Origin: Leptolyngbyaceae cyanobacterium
GTDB lineage: Bacteria > Cyanobacteriota > Cyanobacteriia > Phormidesmidales > Phormidesmidaceae
Assembly (NCBI GenBank): GCA_965263355.1
Contig: CBDHHL010000032.1
Coordinates: 384,001-448,000, forward strand
Direction of reading: 5' to 3'
DNA length: 64,000 bases
The notes under the pieces were generated by a model, which worked only from the letters and a program-made list of their open reading frames with translations, did no database searches and had not been told where the DNA came from. Numbering within the stretch: position 1 is the first letter of the stretch; every line of letters begins with the position of its first letter. Of the stretch, positions 51,491 to 62,551 are shown in pieces. Made by a program: the position numbers and the translations under genes.

Positions 51491-52018
51491 TTAGCTCTGC
51501 TTTACCCGCATTAAGGGCTGACCAAATTCTACTGGCTCGGCATTTTGGACTAAAATTTCTACAATTTCACCAGACACCTCAGCTTCTATTTCGTTCATCA
51601 GCTTCATCGCTTCAATAATGCAAACTGTTTGCCCAGGTTTAATGCGATCGCCTGTATCTATAAATGGGGATTCATCAGGTGCCGGCGAACGATAAAAAGT
51701 CCCCACCATTGGGGAGGTTATCTCGTACAAATCAGAGACACCAGCGGCATTAGGTGGTGCTGCCTCTGGTGCCGTCGCACCAGCAGCACTACTACTTACG
51801 GCTACTGGTGACGCTACTACCATAGGTGCCGCAGGCGGCGACACAGTTGTAGCAGCAGACATTGCTGCAGTATCCGAGGATAACACTACAGCTTGACTGG
51901 GAGCAGTAGCTTTGCGTAGGGTGAGCTCAAACTGGGGATTTTTAAGCGTCAGCTCAGCGATATCTGTTTGATCGAGAGCGGCAACTAGCTGACGAAGCTC
52001 ACTAAAATCCAAATCCAC
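51491..52018 (-). CDS. accB: Biotin carboxyl carrier protein of acetyl-CoA carboxylase
   Basis: SPMVGTFY and EAMKLMNEI; downstream of efp. Confidence 0.95.
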   Translation of the reverse strand: MDLDFSELRQLVAALDQTDIAELTLKNPQFELTLRKATAPSQAVVLSSDTAAMSAATTVSPPAAPMVVASPVAVSSSAAGATAPEAAPPNAAGVSDLYEITSPMVGTFYRSPAPDESPFIDTGDRIKPGQTVCIIEAMKLMNEIEAEVSGEIVEILVQNAEPVEFGQPLMRVKQS

Positions 52019-52087
52019 TATTTACAACTCCAAATAAATGATCAGCAACACCTATCCTTTCTAAACCGATAAAGCAATCTAAAATAC

Positions 52088-52645
52088 CTATTCCCGACCG
52101 AGATAAGAATCGTTACGGGTATCAATTTTGATTTTTTCACCAATTGAGATAAATAAAGGCACCATCACCTGCGCACCTGTTTCAACTTTAGCGGGTTTGG
52201 TACCCCCAGTTGCAGTATCCCCCTTCACACCAGGGTCCGTTTCGATTACCTCTAAAGTGACTGAATTAGGCAAATCAACTTCTAAAACTTGACCATTCCA
52301 ACGCAGTACAGTCACTTCCATCTCTTCCTTCAGATATTTTACCTGAGGTCCAATCTGCTCTTCTGAAAGCTGCGCTTCGTCGTAGGTTTCCATATCCATG
52401 AAAACGTATTGCTCGCCATCGCGATAGGTGTGTTGCATTACGCTCTTTTCTAAGATCGCTTGAGGAACTGTCTCCCCAGCACGAAACGTGCGTTCAACAA
52501 CGCTACCGGATTGTACATTCTTTAACTTGGTGCGTACAAATGCTGCCCCTTTTCCAGGTTTTACATGGAGGAATTCCACTACTCGCCACACGGAACCATC
52601 AAGTTCAATGCTAGTACCGGTGCGAAAATCATTGCTAGAGATCAT
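52088..52645 (-). CDS. efp: Elongation factor P
   Basis: [31 protein letters not shown]. Confidence 0.97.
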   Translation of the reverse strand: MISSNDFRTGTSIELDGSVWRVVEFLHVKPGKGAAFVRTKLKNVQSGSVVERTFRAGETVPQAILEKSVMQHTYRDGEQYVFMDMETYDEAQLSEEQIGPQVKYLKEEMEVTVLRWNGQVLEVDLPNSVTLEVIETDPGVKGDTATGGTKPAKVETGAQVMVPLFISIGEKIKIDTRNDSYLGRE

Positions 52646-52859
52646 GGTGCTGGCAGACAGTAGATTGACAGTCGGCGGTTAACAGTCGGCAACTATTGTA
52701 CAGCTCAGCGGTCATTTAGCCGTATGGTTATTCAACTATGGTGACCAATGCAGCCAGTGATACAACATCGCTAACCATAAACCAGGTAGCTATCTGATAC
52801 GAGCCACACTATGGCAAGATCGTAAAGGTTTGTCACGCCGTTATCGTTAATTTCCAATT

Positions 52860-53999
52860 ATGGCTCGTTTTCAATATAGCTTTCAGGCCACTCTTGCGGG
52901 GCTTTTAGGCGTCGGTTTTAGTTTGTTCCTTGGCATGGCATGGTTCTGGGCACCAATTGCTGAAGCTGCGACCATGCCATCTTTAACTCTGCCGGTAGCC
53001 TATTTACCCCCCGGCGATGCAATTACTGATCCCGAAGCATTATTGCGTTATGCCCTGCCAATTGATAGTTCTGAAATTCGTAAAATTCAGGACGATTTGG
53101 AAGGTCTCAACTATGCTTTACGAACAAAGCAGTGGGGGCGAGCAAGTCGGGAAATTAATCGATCGGCAAAGCTGCTTAATCGCAAGCGTGCGGTTATTGT
53201 GAAGGCGATTCCAGAGGAGCGTCACTCTCTAGCTGAGCCACTGTTTGTGCAACTTGGTAGTCAGCTAGAGACTATGCAGGCAGCGATTAAAACCAAAGAT
53301 TTGGAAACACTCTGGAGCAATCGACGGGCCGCACTGAACACCATTGACGCTCTGGAGTATCTAATGGTGAAGGGGTTTCCCTATGAAGTACCAGATGAGT
53401 ATGACAACCTGCCTCAGTTAAAAGGGCGTGCGACGGTTGAAATTCAGACTGATGAAGGGCCGGTGACGGTAATTGTGGATGGATATAGTGCACCCGTTAC
53501 AGCGGGTAACTTTGTCGATTTGGTCGAGCGTGGTTTTTATGATGGTATGAGCTTTGATCGGGCCGAACAAAACTATGTGCTGCAGACGGGTGATCCGGAT
53601 GGGCCTGAGGTTGGGTTTATTGATCCAGAAACTCAGCAGTATCGCGCTATACCCCTGGAGATTTTAGTGGAAGGAGATGATGTGCCTACCTATGGAGCTA
53701 CTTTGGAAGAGCTGGGTCGTTTTTTAGAAAAGCCTATACTTCCCTTTAACTCCTTTGGTGCGTTAGCCATGGCCCGACCTGAGTCTGAGCCAGACGGTGG
53801 TTCTTCCCAATTTTTCTTCTTTTTGTTTGAGCCGGAGCTGACTCCAGCAGGGTTAAATCTATTGGATGGCCGCTATGCTGTTTTTGGTTACACCGTTGCA
53901 GGGCAGGAGGCGTTGGATCAGATGGGGCGTCAGGGGGGCAAGATCCTGTCGGCTAAGGTTGTGGATGGTTTAGATAATTTGGTTGTACCCAAGGCGTGA
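52860..53999 (+). CDS. Cyclophilin-type PPIase (TLP40/CYP38-like lumenal)
   Basis: LLRYALP helical domain; APVTAGNFVDLV, AMAR, SSQFF, LDGRYAVFG. Confidence 0.9.
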   Translation: MARFQYSFQATLAGLLGVGFSLFLGMAWFWAPIAEAATMPSLTLPVAYLPPGDAITDPEALLRYALPIDSSEIRKIQDDLEGLNYALRTKQWGRASREINRSAKLLNRKRAVIVKAIPEERHSLAEPLFVQLGSQLETMQAAIKTKDLETLWSNRRAALNTIDALEYLMVKGFPYEVPDEYDNLPQLKGRATVEIQTDEGPVTVIVDGYSAPVTAGNFVDLVERGFYDGMSFDRAEQNYVLQTGDPDGPEVGFIDPETQQYRAIPLEILVEGDDVPTYGATLEELGRFLEKPILPFNSFGALAMARPESEPDGGSSQFFFFLFEPELTPAGLNLLDGRYAVFGYTVAGQEALDQMGRQGGKILSAKVVDGLDNLVVPKA

Positions 54000-54985
54000 G
54001 CATTGTTGGACCAACCATTGCTGACCTAGGCGAGCACGAGGTGCTCAAACGGTTGCGTCCATATTGTGCAGCTGTGGTAGGGGATGATGCTGCTATTCAG
54101 CCTATGCCTGCTGGTGAGCAGCTGGTGGTGACGACAGATGTGTTGGTGGACGGGGTGCATTTTTCAGATCGTACTCTTTCTCCCTGCGCTTTGGGTTGGC
54201 GAGCGGCGGCTGTTAATCTGTCGGACTTGGCTGCGATGGGTGCACATCCCTTGGGCCTAACTATCGGTATGACCCTGCCACCCAATACTTCTTGGTCATG
54301 GGTCGAAGCGCTATACCAGGGAATAGCTGATTGTCTGGGCCATTACGGAGGGGAAATCATGGGTGGCGATCTCTGCCGGGGCGAGCATCGTAGCTTAGCG
54401 ATTACAGCCCTTGGTTATGTCTCACAGTATCAGGCGTTGTATCGTAACCGGGCTCTGGCTCAACAAACCCTGGTCGTGACAGGAGTGCATGGGTCTTCCC
54501 GTGCTGGTTTGGCAGTGTTGCTAGAAGAAATAGAGGTAACGGGTGCTTTGGCCCAGGCATGGGTCCAGGTCCATCAGCACCCCCTGCCCAGGTTTGATGC
54601 GATCGCAATACTCCGCACACAAACCAAAACGATGGTTAACATTGCCGCTATGGACACCAGCGATGGATTGGCTGATGCTGTGATTCAAATCTGTCGTCAG
54701 AGTGGGGTAGGGGCAGCGCTTTTGCGATCACAATTACCGATGCCACCGGGGCTAATTGATGTAGTTGGACCAGTCACTGCCCAACACTGGACGCTCTATG
54801 GTGGCGAAGATTTTGAGCTGGTGCTGAGTCTGCCTCCGGAACTAGCTAACGCTTTTATAGAACGGCTGCCGGGTAGTCAAATGATTGGCCAGACTACTGA
54901 GGATGTAGCCATTCGGTTAATTGATGATGTGGATCAGGGACCCGATGTTTTATTGGATCAAAATCAGGGTTATCGACATTTTTGA
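53996..54985 (+). CDS. thiL: Thiamine-phosphate kinase
   Basis: GDDAA, TTDVLVDGVHF, NLSDLAAMG, GGD, DTSDGL, GGEDFEL. Confidence 0.95.
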   Translation: MSIVGPTIADLGEHEVLKRLRPYCAAVVGDDAAIQPMPAGEQLVVTTDVLVDGVHFSDRTLSPCALGWRAAAVNLSDLAAMGAHPLGLTIGMTLPPNTSWSWVEALYQGIADCLGHYGGEIMGGDLCRGEHRSLAITALGYVSQYQALYRNRALAQQTLVVTGVHGSSRAGLAVLLEEIEVTGALAQAWVQVHQHPLPRFDAIAILRTQTKTMVNIAAMDTSDGLADAVIQICRQSGVGAALLRSQLPMPPGLIDVVGPVTAQHWTLYGGEDFELVLSLPPELANAFIERLPGSQMIGQTTEDVAIRLIDDVDQGPDVLLDQNQGYRHF

Positions 54986-55009
54986 TGGTTTTAATGGGCA
55001 ATGACCTTG

Positions 55010-55939
55010 TTAATAAATCTTCCAGGCTTTAAGTGCATAGCCAAATGCGCAATCATCGGGATGTAAAATCTCTGCCAGAATTTCTAGAGAGTCTACCAAA
55101 CGGGGACCGGGGCGATTGAAATAATGATTGCCATCGACCAAAAAAACACGCCCGTTTTTAACCGCTTTTAGGTTTTGCCAGGGAGCCATTTGAGTGAGCT
55201 GATCGATGGATTGACGGCTCTGGCGTAAATCATAACCACAGGGCATGATCACCAAGATGTCGGGCTCAGCTGCATTTAAGTCTTCCCAGGGTAACCAGGG
55301 AGAATGCCGCCCCACCTGACCAAATAACGGATGCCCTCCTGCCATGGAGACTAATTCGGGAACCCAGTTGCCTGCCCCCATGAGGGGATCGGTCCATTCC
55401 AAACAGGCAACGGTGGGCTGGGGTAGCTTAGCCGGCACCTTTTCTAAACAGGCCTGCAATCGATCCTGCAGTTGGGCAATCGTGAGATCTGCGATCGCAT
55501 CTCCATTGACCGGGTCTAGCGATATGGCTACCCGGCGCAGATCATCCCACAAATCTGCTAGAACTTGAGGCTTGAGAGAAATCACTACAGGCTCGGGAGC
55601 AATAACCTGAGCGATCGCTTTTTGAACGTCCGCTAAACTGGCCGCACATACCTCACATTGATCCTGGGTAAGAATATGGGTAGGGCGTAGTTGCTTGAGG
55701 CGCTCGACGTTGACGTTATAAACACTGAGGCCCTGTTGTAATAGCTCACTTACCCGGTCGTGAACCTCTTTGCTGGTCCCATCGGGATCAAAGCTGGGTG
55801 AGGTACAAACCGGCAACGTTTGGACGGTCGGTGGAAAATCGCAGGAGTGGGAGCGCCCTACCAAAGACTCGCTAAAGCCAAGCTGGGTAACGATTTCTGT
55901 AGCGCTGGGAATTAAAGAAACGATGCGAAGCTCAGACAT
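55010..55939 (-). CDS. BtuF/TroA-like (cobalamin-binding type) protein without signal peptide
   Basis: RIVSLIPSATE, GRSHSCDFP, TQDQCEVCA, YFNRPGPRL. Confidence 0.8.
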   Translation of the reverse strand: MSELRIVSLIPSATEIVTQLGFSESLVGRSHSCDFPPTVQTLPVCTSPSFDPDGTSKEVHDRVSELLQQGLSVYNVNVERLKQLRPTHILTQDQCEVCAASLADVQKAIAQVIAPEPVVISLKPQVLADLWDDLRRVAISLDPVNGDAIADLTIAQLQDRLQACLEKVPAKLPQPTVACLEWTDPLMGAGNWVPELVSMAGGHPLFGQVGRHSPWLPWEDLNAAEPDILVIMPCGYDLRQSRQSIDQLTQMAPWQNLKAVKNGRVFLVDGNHYFNRPGPRLVDSLEILAEILHPDDCAFGYALKAWKIY

Positions 55940-56224
55940 AGCAGCGCGATAAAAAAGACTATTGAGAAGCTACAGCGTATTTAATAGATGAGGCGAAGGG
56001 GAACGCCCGGAACCGAGGGAGCTTGACGACGTTTAGAAACTGGTTTAAGCACTAACTTAATGCTGTGACACGTCTTTACTTACAAGTAAGAAGCCCAATA
56101 TCACTACTTATAGGGTTACCTAATAGATATGGGTATATATGTCTACACTTAAAAGTTACTTAACAGATACGGGGGTTCCTACATATAGGGTATATCAGCT
56201 TCAGGGTATCTAAACGTCAGGATT

Positions 56225-57124
56225 TTATCTGGAACGGAATTCCACAGAGTGTGCATGCAAAATTACATCAAAATTTTTGTAGACATCATTGCCTAATAGA
56301 CCAATGGGAACAGCATCGCCAATGCTAACAGGCAGATTTCGACGGGTAATAATGCCCACACTTAGGAAGTCTACATACCCTACGTCAACCGCAACATCAC
56401 TACTGCTGGCAGTGGTCACTGAGACTTGACCAACGACATGAACTCCCAGCTCATTGGCCATGGTGCGGGTAATGTGAGTGTGGCTGGCCCCTGTATCTAA
56501 AATCATTGGATAACGCCTACCATTGAAGGTAGCTTCAATGACTGGTGTGCCGCCACGCCGCTCAATAATAGGGATGTGATAATCGCGAGTCGGTACTGTG
56601 ACGGCGGCTGTTGTTCCCTCAGAAATTGGTTTGGGTCGATTGAGCGAAATCTCTGATGGTGGCTGTTTTAAGTTTGTTAACCGCTGCTGTGCCTGAGATA
56701 GATTACGCTGATAGTCCTTGAGCTTGGTCTGGGCTACCGCATAATTTTGATCGTCCGTCGGCACTTCGTTTAGTTTTTGAATTGCCTGTTCCCAACGTCC
56801 AACAATTAAATCCCAATCGTCGGATGAAGTGGCTTGCTGTCCCAGGGTAAATGCGCTGGAGGCCAGGTTAATGGCTGCTTGATACGCTGGGTCAGCACTA
56901 GGCTGACTAGGGGGAGCGATGTTGTTGGCATCGGCCTTTTGGCTACCAGTAGCGCTATTAGCAGCAGACTTATCCACCTCTGTTGCCACCGGAGGCATGC
57001 TTTGAACCGGGGTAGATACAGGGGTGTTACCTAGATTCTCTGTTTGTACTGGTCCAGTTTGACAAGCGGCCAGGGTGCTCAGACAGAGAATCTGAATAAA
57101 TCTAATTCGTTTTTTTTCAAGCAT
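56225..57124 (-). CDS. Lipoprotein with retropepsin-like aspartyl protease domain
   Basis: Lipobox LAAC, helical middle region, MILDTGAS and GLLG. Confidence 0.85.
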   Translation of the reverse strand: MLEKKRIRFIQILCLSTLAACQTGPVQTENLGNTPVSTPVQSMPPVATEVDKSAANSATGSQKADANNIAPPSQPSADPAYQAAINLASSAFTLGQQATSSDDWDLIVGRWEQAIQKLNEVPTDDQNYAVAQTKLKDYQRNLSQAQQRLTNLKQPPSEISLNRPKPISEGTTAAVTVPTRDYHIPIIERRGGTPVIEATFNGRRYPMILDTGASHTHITRTMANELGVHVVGQVSVTTASSSDVAVDVGYVDFLSVGIITRRNLPVSIGDAVPIGLLGNDVYKNFDVILHAHSVEFRSR

Positions 57125-57216
57125 GGTTCAAAAGTTACCCATGACCTCTAGGATGGTACCGGTCCCCATTGTGCTCACTGGTGTGATCAACCTTATCTAC
57201 CTTCCTGTTGTAACCC

Positions 57217-58386
57217 ATGTCTATTTTTTCCACTAGGTCCCAGCCCGCCTTGTTGGTGCTAGCCGATGGCTCGGTTTTTCGTGGTTGGTCGTTTGGGGCC
57301 ACCGGTACTGTTGTGGGGGAAATTGTGTTTAATACCGGGATGACAGGATATCAGGAAGTTTTGACCGACCCTAGCTATCGAGGACAGATTGTCACATTTA
57401 CCTATCCAGAACTCGGAAATACTGGCGTGAATGACGAGGATGAGGAATCGGCTGCACCTCAGGTGAATGGTGCGATCGCAAAAAATGTCTGTGAGCGCCC
57501 CAGCAACTGGCGCTCTACTAATACCTTGCCCGACTATCTTAAACAACACAATATTCCTGGTATCTATGGCATCGATACCCGTGCTCTAACTCGCAAGTTA
57601 CGCACCGTTGGAGCAATGAACGGAGCTATTTCTAGCGAAATTCTGAACTCGGATCAGCTCCGACAGCAGTTAGAGCTTATTCCCAATATGGAAGGCTTAA
57701 ATCTGGTCAAAGAGGTCAGTACCCCTGAGGTTTATGAATGGACAGAGACCACCCATAGAACCTGGGAATTTGCTTCAACGCTTTGTAATCAGACAGATGC
57801 TCCTGATCTGCTGACGGTAGTGGCGATTGATTTTGGTATCAAACGCAATATTCTAAGACGGTTGGCTAGCTATGGTTGTCGTGTGATTGTAGTACCCATC
57901 GATACCTCTCCTGAAGACATTCTCAATCACAACCCTGACGGCATTTTTCTATCCAATGGCCCTGGCGATCCTGCCGCTGTTGAGTCAGCGCCAGTCCTGG
58001 TCAAAGCTCTGTTAGATAGTCAGATTCCTACCTTTGGTATTTGCATGGGACATCAGATTTTAGGCCTATCCTTAGGCGCTAAAACCTTCAAACTGAAATT
58101 TGGCCATCGGGGGCTCAATCAACCCTGTGGTCTTACTCGACGGGTGGAAATCACAAGTCAAAATCATGGTTTTGCCATTGATGCTGATACAATTCCAACC
58201 ACAGAAATTGCAGTGACCCATTTCAATCTGAACGACCGCACTGTAGCGGGTCTCAAACACAAAACCTTACCTATATTTTCAGTGCAGTATCATCCTGAGG
58301 CTAGCCCTGGTCCCCACGATGCTGATTATTTATTTGAAAAATTCATCACTTTGATGCGTGATCATCGTAGAGATAGGGTAGGGTAA
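57217..58386 (+). CDS. carA: Carbamoyl-phosphate synthase small subunit
   Basis: [30 protein letters not shown]. Confidence 0.97.
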   Translation: MSIFSTRSQPALLVLADGSVFRGWSFGATGTVVGEIVFNTGMTGYQEVLTDPSYRGQIVTFTYPELGNTGVNDEDEESAAPQVNGAIAKNVCERPSNWRSTNTLPDYLKQHNIPGIYGIDTRALTRKLRTVGAMNGAISSEILNSDQLRQQLELIPNMEGLNLVKEVSTPEVYEWTETTHRTWEFASTLCNQTDAPDLLTVVAIDFGIKRNILRRLASYGCRVIVVPIDTSPEDILNHNPDGIFLSNGPGDPAAVESAPVLVKALLDSQIPTFGICMGHQILGLSLGAKTFKLKFGHRGLNQPCGLTRRVEITSQNHGFAIDADTIPTTEIAVTHFNLNDRTVAGLKHKTLPIFSVQYHPEASPGPHDADYLFEKFITLMRDHRRDRVG

Positions 58387-58535
58387 TTTATATTTTCCAT
58401 TAAGTATCGGAAAAGCTACAGATTAGGCTTATGCAAGTGCGTTTACGTTTCGCTTAATTTTCTTGCAGTCGGCCAAATCCTGACCTAAAATTAAACGTCT
58501 GAATTTGCCGTATCTATTGGCTTTAGGAGGTTATT

Positions 58536-58904
58536 ATCGCTGAGTCGCTGACCCTAACCGTAAGTTTAAGAGGCACCCGTGACGTTAGGGGGAAATGTCA
58601 AATATTTCGCCTCACTGGTTTGCTAGATGCGTTTTCAGAACCTACATTTCGCAAGGTTTTGAATCGATATATTGAAGAAGGACCGACCCACATTATTCTT
58701 GATCTGTCGGCAATTGATTTTGTCGATAGCTCTGGTTTAGGTGCACTGGTACAGCTGGTTAAAAAGGCAAAAGGTGAAAGTGGCAGTGTTCAAGTGGTAA
58801 CCAATGCCCGCGTTACCCAGACGGTGAAGCTAGTCCGTCTAGAGAAGTTCCTTTCACTACAGCCTACCGTCGATGCTGCCCTTGAGAATTTAAAAGATTC
58901 TTGA
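58536..58904 (+). CDS. STAS-domain anti-sigma factor antagonist; probable ATC/ATT start
   Basis: DFVDSSGLG motif. Frame extends 28 codons upstream of the called TTG (58620) to ATT-ATC just after AGGAGG. Confidence 0.82.
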   Translation: MAESLTLTVSLRGTRDVRGKCQIFRLTGLLDAFSEPTFRKVLNRYIEEGPTHIILDLSAIDFVDSSGLGALVQLVKKAKGESGSVQVVTNARVTQTVKLVRLEKFLSLQPTVDAALENLKDS

Positions 58905-58976
58905 GTGTCGTCGTGAACTGGGCTTGGAACGTCAGGGGCCAATGGCGTGGTTGCTTTTGTTTAAGCGCAGGAGGCC

Positions 58977-59447
58977 TTGATGGATAGTCCTGATCAAACG
59001 GATGTCCAGTTGACTGTTTCCAGTCAACTCTCCAGTCAACTGTCTGAATTATTTGTCTTAGCTCATCTTCGGCCCCAACAGGTGCAGTCTATTCCACCGA
59101 TCGCGTTGGCCTATATTGGTGATGCTGTGTTTGAACTCTATGTACGCATGCAGCTTTTATGGCCACCTCAGCGCATACAAATGTTTCACCAGCAGGTGGT
59201 AGGGCAGGTGAAGGCTGAGCAGCAGGCTACCTATCTGGAAGTGTTAATGCCCCATTTAACCGATGCAGAAGCTGATATCGTGCGGCGAGGGCGTAATGCC
59301 ACATCTAAATCCCCAAGGCGTTTATCAGCAAAGATATATCGTCAGGCAACGGCGTTTGAAACCTTGGTTGGCTATCTCTACATCACCGATCAAACCCGTC
59401 TGTTTGAATTATTAAGTAAGTTGAGTGTTAAATCTGCTACCTTTTAA
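58977..59447 (+). CDS. mrnC: Mini-ribonuclease III
   Basis: LAYIGDAVFELYVR, RRGRN, YRQATAFETLVGYLY. Confidence 0.9.
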   Translation: MMDSPDQTDVQLTVSSQLSSQLSELFVLAHLRPQQVQSIPPIALAYIGDAVFELYVRMQLLWPPQRIQMFHQQVVGQVKAEQQATYLEVLMPHLTDAEADIVRRGRNATSKSPRRLSAKIYRQATAFETLVGYLYITDQTRLFELLSKLSVKSATF

Positions 59448-59529
59448 TCTCCCAGCGTTTGATTTTTAAGTTGTGGGTTGTGCTGTTGGATAAAACGCTA
59501 TGATGTGACTCCGCTTCTACTGCTAATCT

Positions 59530-60507
59530 ATGGCTAATCCCTCCTCTGATCGGCCTCGTCCGGCTAAAGGAAAATCTCGCCCACAGCTCAAAGGGGCTGC
59601 TAAACCCAGGTTTAAGCAGACGGCCAAACACCCCCCTAGAAAACCCTTTAAGAAACGACAACCTAAGGATGTAAGTGTCTCTGTACAGCCACGTCAACTG
59701 GCAGAGACGCTTCAAGAAGAGCGTCCAGATTTAGTGTATGGTCGTCATTCTGTGGAAGCTGCGATCGCAAATCATCGCCCGATAAATCGCCTTTGGGTTA
59801 ACTCTCGCCTGGTATTTGATGCTCGCTTCCGACCGTTGATTTTAGATGCCAAGGCCAACGGTGCTGTTGTTGATGAGGTTAATACCCAACGATTAAACCA
59901 GCTTACCCAAGGCGCAAATCATCAGGGCATTGTAGCTCAAATTGCTTCCCATGATTATGTTGAACTTGCTGAGCTGGTGACTAACGCCAAGGCAACCTGT
60001 CGTCACCCTGTAATCATTGCTGCCGATAGTATTACTGATCCCCATAATTTAGGGGCCATTATTCGCACTGCTGAAGCACTGGGTGCTCAAGGTGTTGTGA
60101 TCCCCCAGCGGCGGGCTGTGGGGATCACCCCAACTGTGGCTAAAGTGGCTGCTGGAGCCTTAGAAACATTGTCAGTGTCCCGCGTGGTCAACCTCGGACG
60201 TGCGTTAGAACAACTTAAAGAGGATGGATTTTGGGTCTATGGAACAGCGGCTAAGGCAGGCCAACCGGTTCACACCACACAGTTTGATCGCCCCATCGTT
60301 TTAGCCATAGGGGCTGAGGGAACCGGTCTGAGCCTATCGATTCAAAACCTTTGTGATGTTTTAGTCTCTATTCCGTTAACCGGTAAAACTCCTAGTCTTA
60401 ATGCCTCAGTTGCTACAGGTATGGTGCTGTATGAAATTTATCGGCAACGATGGTTAGAAAAATTACCGACAATTAATCTTGGCGGGGATCAAAATCAAGC
60501 TGTATAA
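59530..60507 (+). CDS. rlmB: 23S rRNA (Gm2251) 2'-O-methyltransferase
   Basis: [36 protein letters not shown] motifs. Confidence 0.93.
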   Translation: MANPSSDRPRPAKGKSRPQLKGAAKPRFKQTAKHPPRKPFKKRQPKDVSVSVQPRQLAETLQEERPDLVYGRHSVEAAIANHRPINRLWVNSRLVFDARFRPLILDAKANGAVVDEVNTQRLNQLTQGANHQGIVAQIASHDYVELAELVTNAKATCRHPVIIAADSITDPHNLGAIIRTAEALGAQGVVIPQRRAVGITPTVAKVAAGALETLSVSRVVNLGRALEQLKEDGFWVYGTAAKAGQPVHTTQFDRPIVLAIGAEGTGLSLSIQNLCDVLVSIPLTGKTPSLNASVATGMVLYEIYRQRWLEKLPTINLGGDQNQAV

Positions 60508-60572
60508 ATGTTATAAGCACAATTCTAGGCTGCGCGTAAGCTGGTTTTTTTAACACAACAGGTACGTACGTT

Positions 60573-60839
60573 ATGAAAAGCTTTTTGAGTAATCTTTTCA
60601 GCTTATTTTCAAACCCTTGGTGGGTGGAGATTTCTACATCTCAGCCTCGCTGTCTTTATTACTTTGGGCCCTTTGATACAGAAGCTGAGGCAATTCAACA
60701 TCAAGGGGGCTACATCGAAGATTTAGAACAGGAAGGCGCTCAACAGATTAATGTGATAATCAAGAGCTGTCCCGAGCCAGCCCATCTTACTGTGGAATAT
60801 ACGGAGCCTAGTGCTATTACCCCCGTTCACAACAACTAG
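60573..60839 (+). CDS. DUF1816 family protein
   Basis: WWVEI.T..P.C.YYFGPF...GYIEDL..EGA. Confidence 0.88.
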   Translation: MKSFLSNLFSLFSNPWWVEISTSQPRCLYYFGPFDTEAEAIQHQGGYIEDLEQEGAQQINVIIKSCPEPAHLTVEYTEPSAITPVHNN

Positions 60840-60888
60840 CGGAAAAAAAGCCTAGAAAAAGCTGAGATAACGTTGTGCAATAAGTTTC

Positions 60889-60929
60889 AATAAAGAGGTG
60901 TTTGGAACAATGTTCAAGCACCTTTTATT
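60889..60929. terminator. Terminator-like hairpin
   Basis: AATAAAGAGGTG...GAACAATGTTC...CACCTTTTATT downstream of DUF1816. Confidence 0.55.
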
Positions 60930-61211
60930 ATTGGTATAAGGTACAGTATATCGACTAACCAGGGGCACTTTTCAGAGAAATCCCACTAGTGCATTGTCAA
61001 AGCTAAAAATTCGAGTTGGTTACTGACGAAGAGTGAAGGGTAGAGAGTGACTCTTTATCCCTTTAGACCCTTTACTCTTTATCAGTGTTATCCGAAATCT
61101 TAGGCTTGACAGACCACTAGGTAATACCGGAATCCTGATTTTTCAGGCAATTCTTTGTTCAAGAGAACAAAACGAACTCTTCTGTCAGGTTAGTTTTTGT
61201 TATCAGTCTGA

Positions 61212-62024
61212 CTAAGACTGCCAGAATCCATAGGTTTGTAACCACTGTCTAATATCACTGCATAGCTGTGATCCAATCTCCCAGGGCATGAGATGGGCGA
61301 CATTTTCGTATAGGTGCCATTCACAGTTAGATAGGGCCACCGCTGTTTCCTGACTAGATTCTGGTGTGATGTGTACATCATTGGCTGCCGCTAGCATAAG
61401 GCAGGGTTGATAGATTTGATGCAAGTCTTCTAAACGGTTATACCCCTGCTTTAGGGCTCTATTTAAGGCTTGGTTTGCCAGGTTAGAGGTTTTGATAAAT
61501 GCGGGTGTTCCTTCCTGGGCAATGTGACGATAGGCCTGGGCGCTGTGTTGGGAGAGCAAATAGCGAAACAATGACCGTTGACCAAAGGTGGATATATTCC
61601 ATGACCAACCAGGCCTTAGCCAGTTAATTACACCCGCAATGCCAGTCAGCAAATTGTCTTGCCAGGTAATGGCTGGGTGCCGGCCAACGGGTCTCGCTGC
61701 TGTACCAATTAAAATCAGCCCTGCAATCTGTTGGGGGTGCTTGAGAGCTAGTTCCATCGCCAATATACCCCCAAGGGACCAACCCAGCAGTAAGCAGGGC
61801 TGGTCGAACTGCTCTAAGATCACCGCCAAATCGTCTAAATGGTGCTGCATTTCAAAGGGTTGGGTGGTGCGACTACGTCCATAGCCACGCAAATCCGGCG
61901 CAATAACCTGAAAATGTGGGGATAGGTCCTCAGCAAATACCGACATACACCGCCCTGTTCCAGGATGCCCATGGAGACATAGTACAGGCATTCCTCGCCC
62001 ACAGCATTTAACTGATAACTCCAT
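61212..62024 (-). CDS. Alpha/beta hydrolase
   Basis: LHGHPG, DLRGYG, GWSLGG nucleophile elbow, D and AH catalytic positions. Confidence 0.9.
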   Translation of the reverse strand: MELSVKCCGRGMPVLCLHGHPGTGRCMSVFAEDLSPHFQVIAPDLRGYGRSRTTQPFEMQHHLDDLAVILEQFDQPCLLLGWSLGGILAMELALKHPQQIAGLILIGTAARPVGRHPAITWQDNLLTGIAGVINWLRPGWSWNISTFGQRSLFRYLLSQHSAQAYRHIAQEGTPAFIKTSNLANQALNRALKQGYNRLEDLHQIYQPCLMLAAANDVHITPESSQETAVALSNCEWHLYENVAHLMPWEIGSQLCSDIRQWLQTYGFWQS

Positions 62025-62037
62025 AGGCCGCCAGAGA

Positions 62038-62442
62038 CTAGACCTCTTCTTTAGGGGTAAAATCGAGGGCTGCTGAGTTCATGCAATAGCGCTCTCCCGT
62101 AGGCTGAGGACCATCGGTAAACACATGGCCCAGGTGAGCATCGCAAACGGCACAGAGAACTTCAGTACGCACCATAAAGAGGCTAAAGTCTCGTTTAGTT
62201 GCAACATTCTCCGGTTTGCTGGAACTCCAAAAACTAGGCCAACCGGTCCCCGAATCGTACTTGGTCTCAGAGGAAAAGAGTTCAGCACCACAGCAAATGC
62301 AGTTGTATATGCCGACCTCTTTATTGTCATGGTACTTGCCGGTAAAGGCCCGTTCAGTACCGTGCTTACGGGTGACTTGATATTGCTCAGGGGTAAGCTG
62401 TGCTTGCCATTCTGCGTCTGTTTTTTGAATTTTCTCCACCAT
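62038..62442 (-). CDS. msrB: Methionine (R)-sulfoxide reductase
   Basis: [29 protein letters not shown]; two CxxC. Confidence 0.96.
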   Translation of the reverse strand: MVEKIQKTDAEWQAQLTPEQYQVTRKHGTERAFTGKYHDNKEVGIYNCICCGAELFSSETKYDSGTGWPSFWSSSKPENVATKRDFSLFMVRTEVLCAVCDAHLGHVFTDGPQPTGERYCMNSAALDFTPKEEV

Positions 62443-62551
62443 GGTTTTACTCAGAAAGTCAGTTACAGCTTTTCTTGATCCTAACGCACATCAAGTGGAT
62501 CTAAAGGTGTTGTCTAATCTCCAGCTTTGATATTGGTTAGTGTCACAGTGA

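Noticed and set aside
55940..56224. Cobalamin riboswitch expected ahead of the BtuF-like gene
   Set aside because: No B12-box or other conserved cobalamin riboswitch elements visible on the minus strand.
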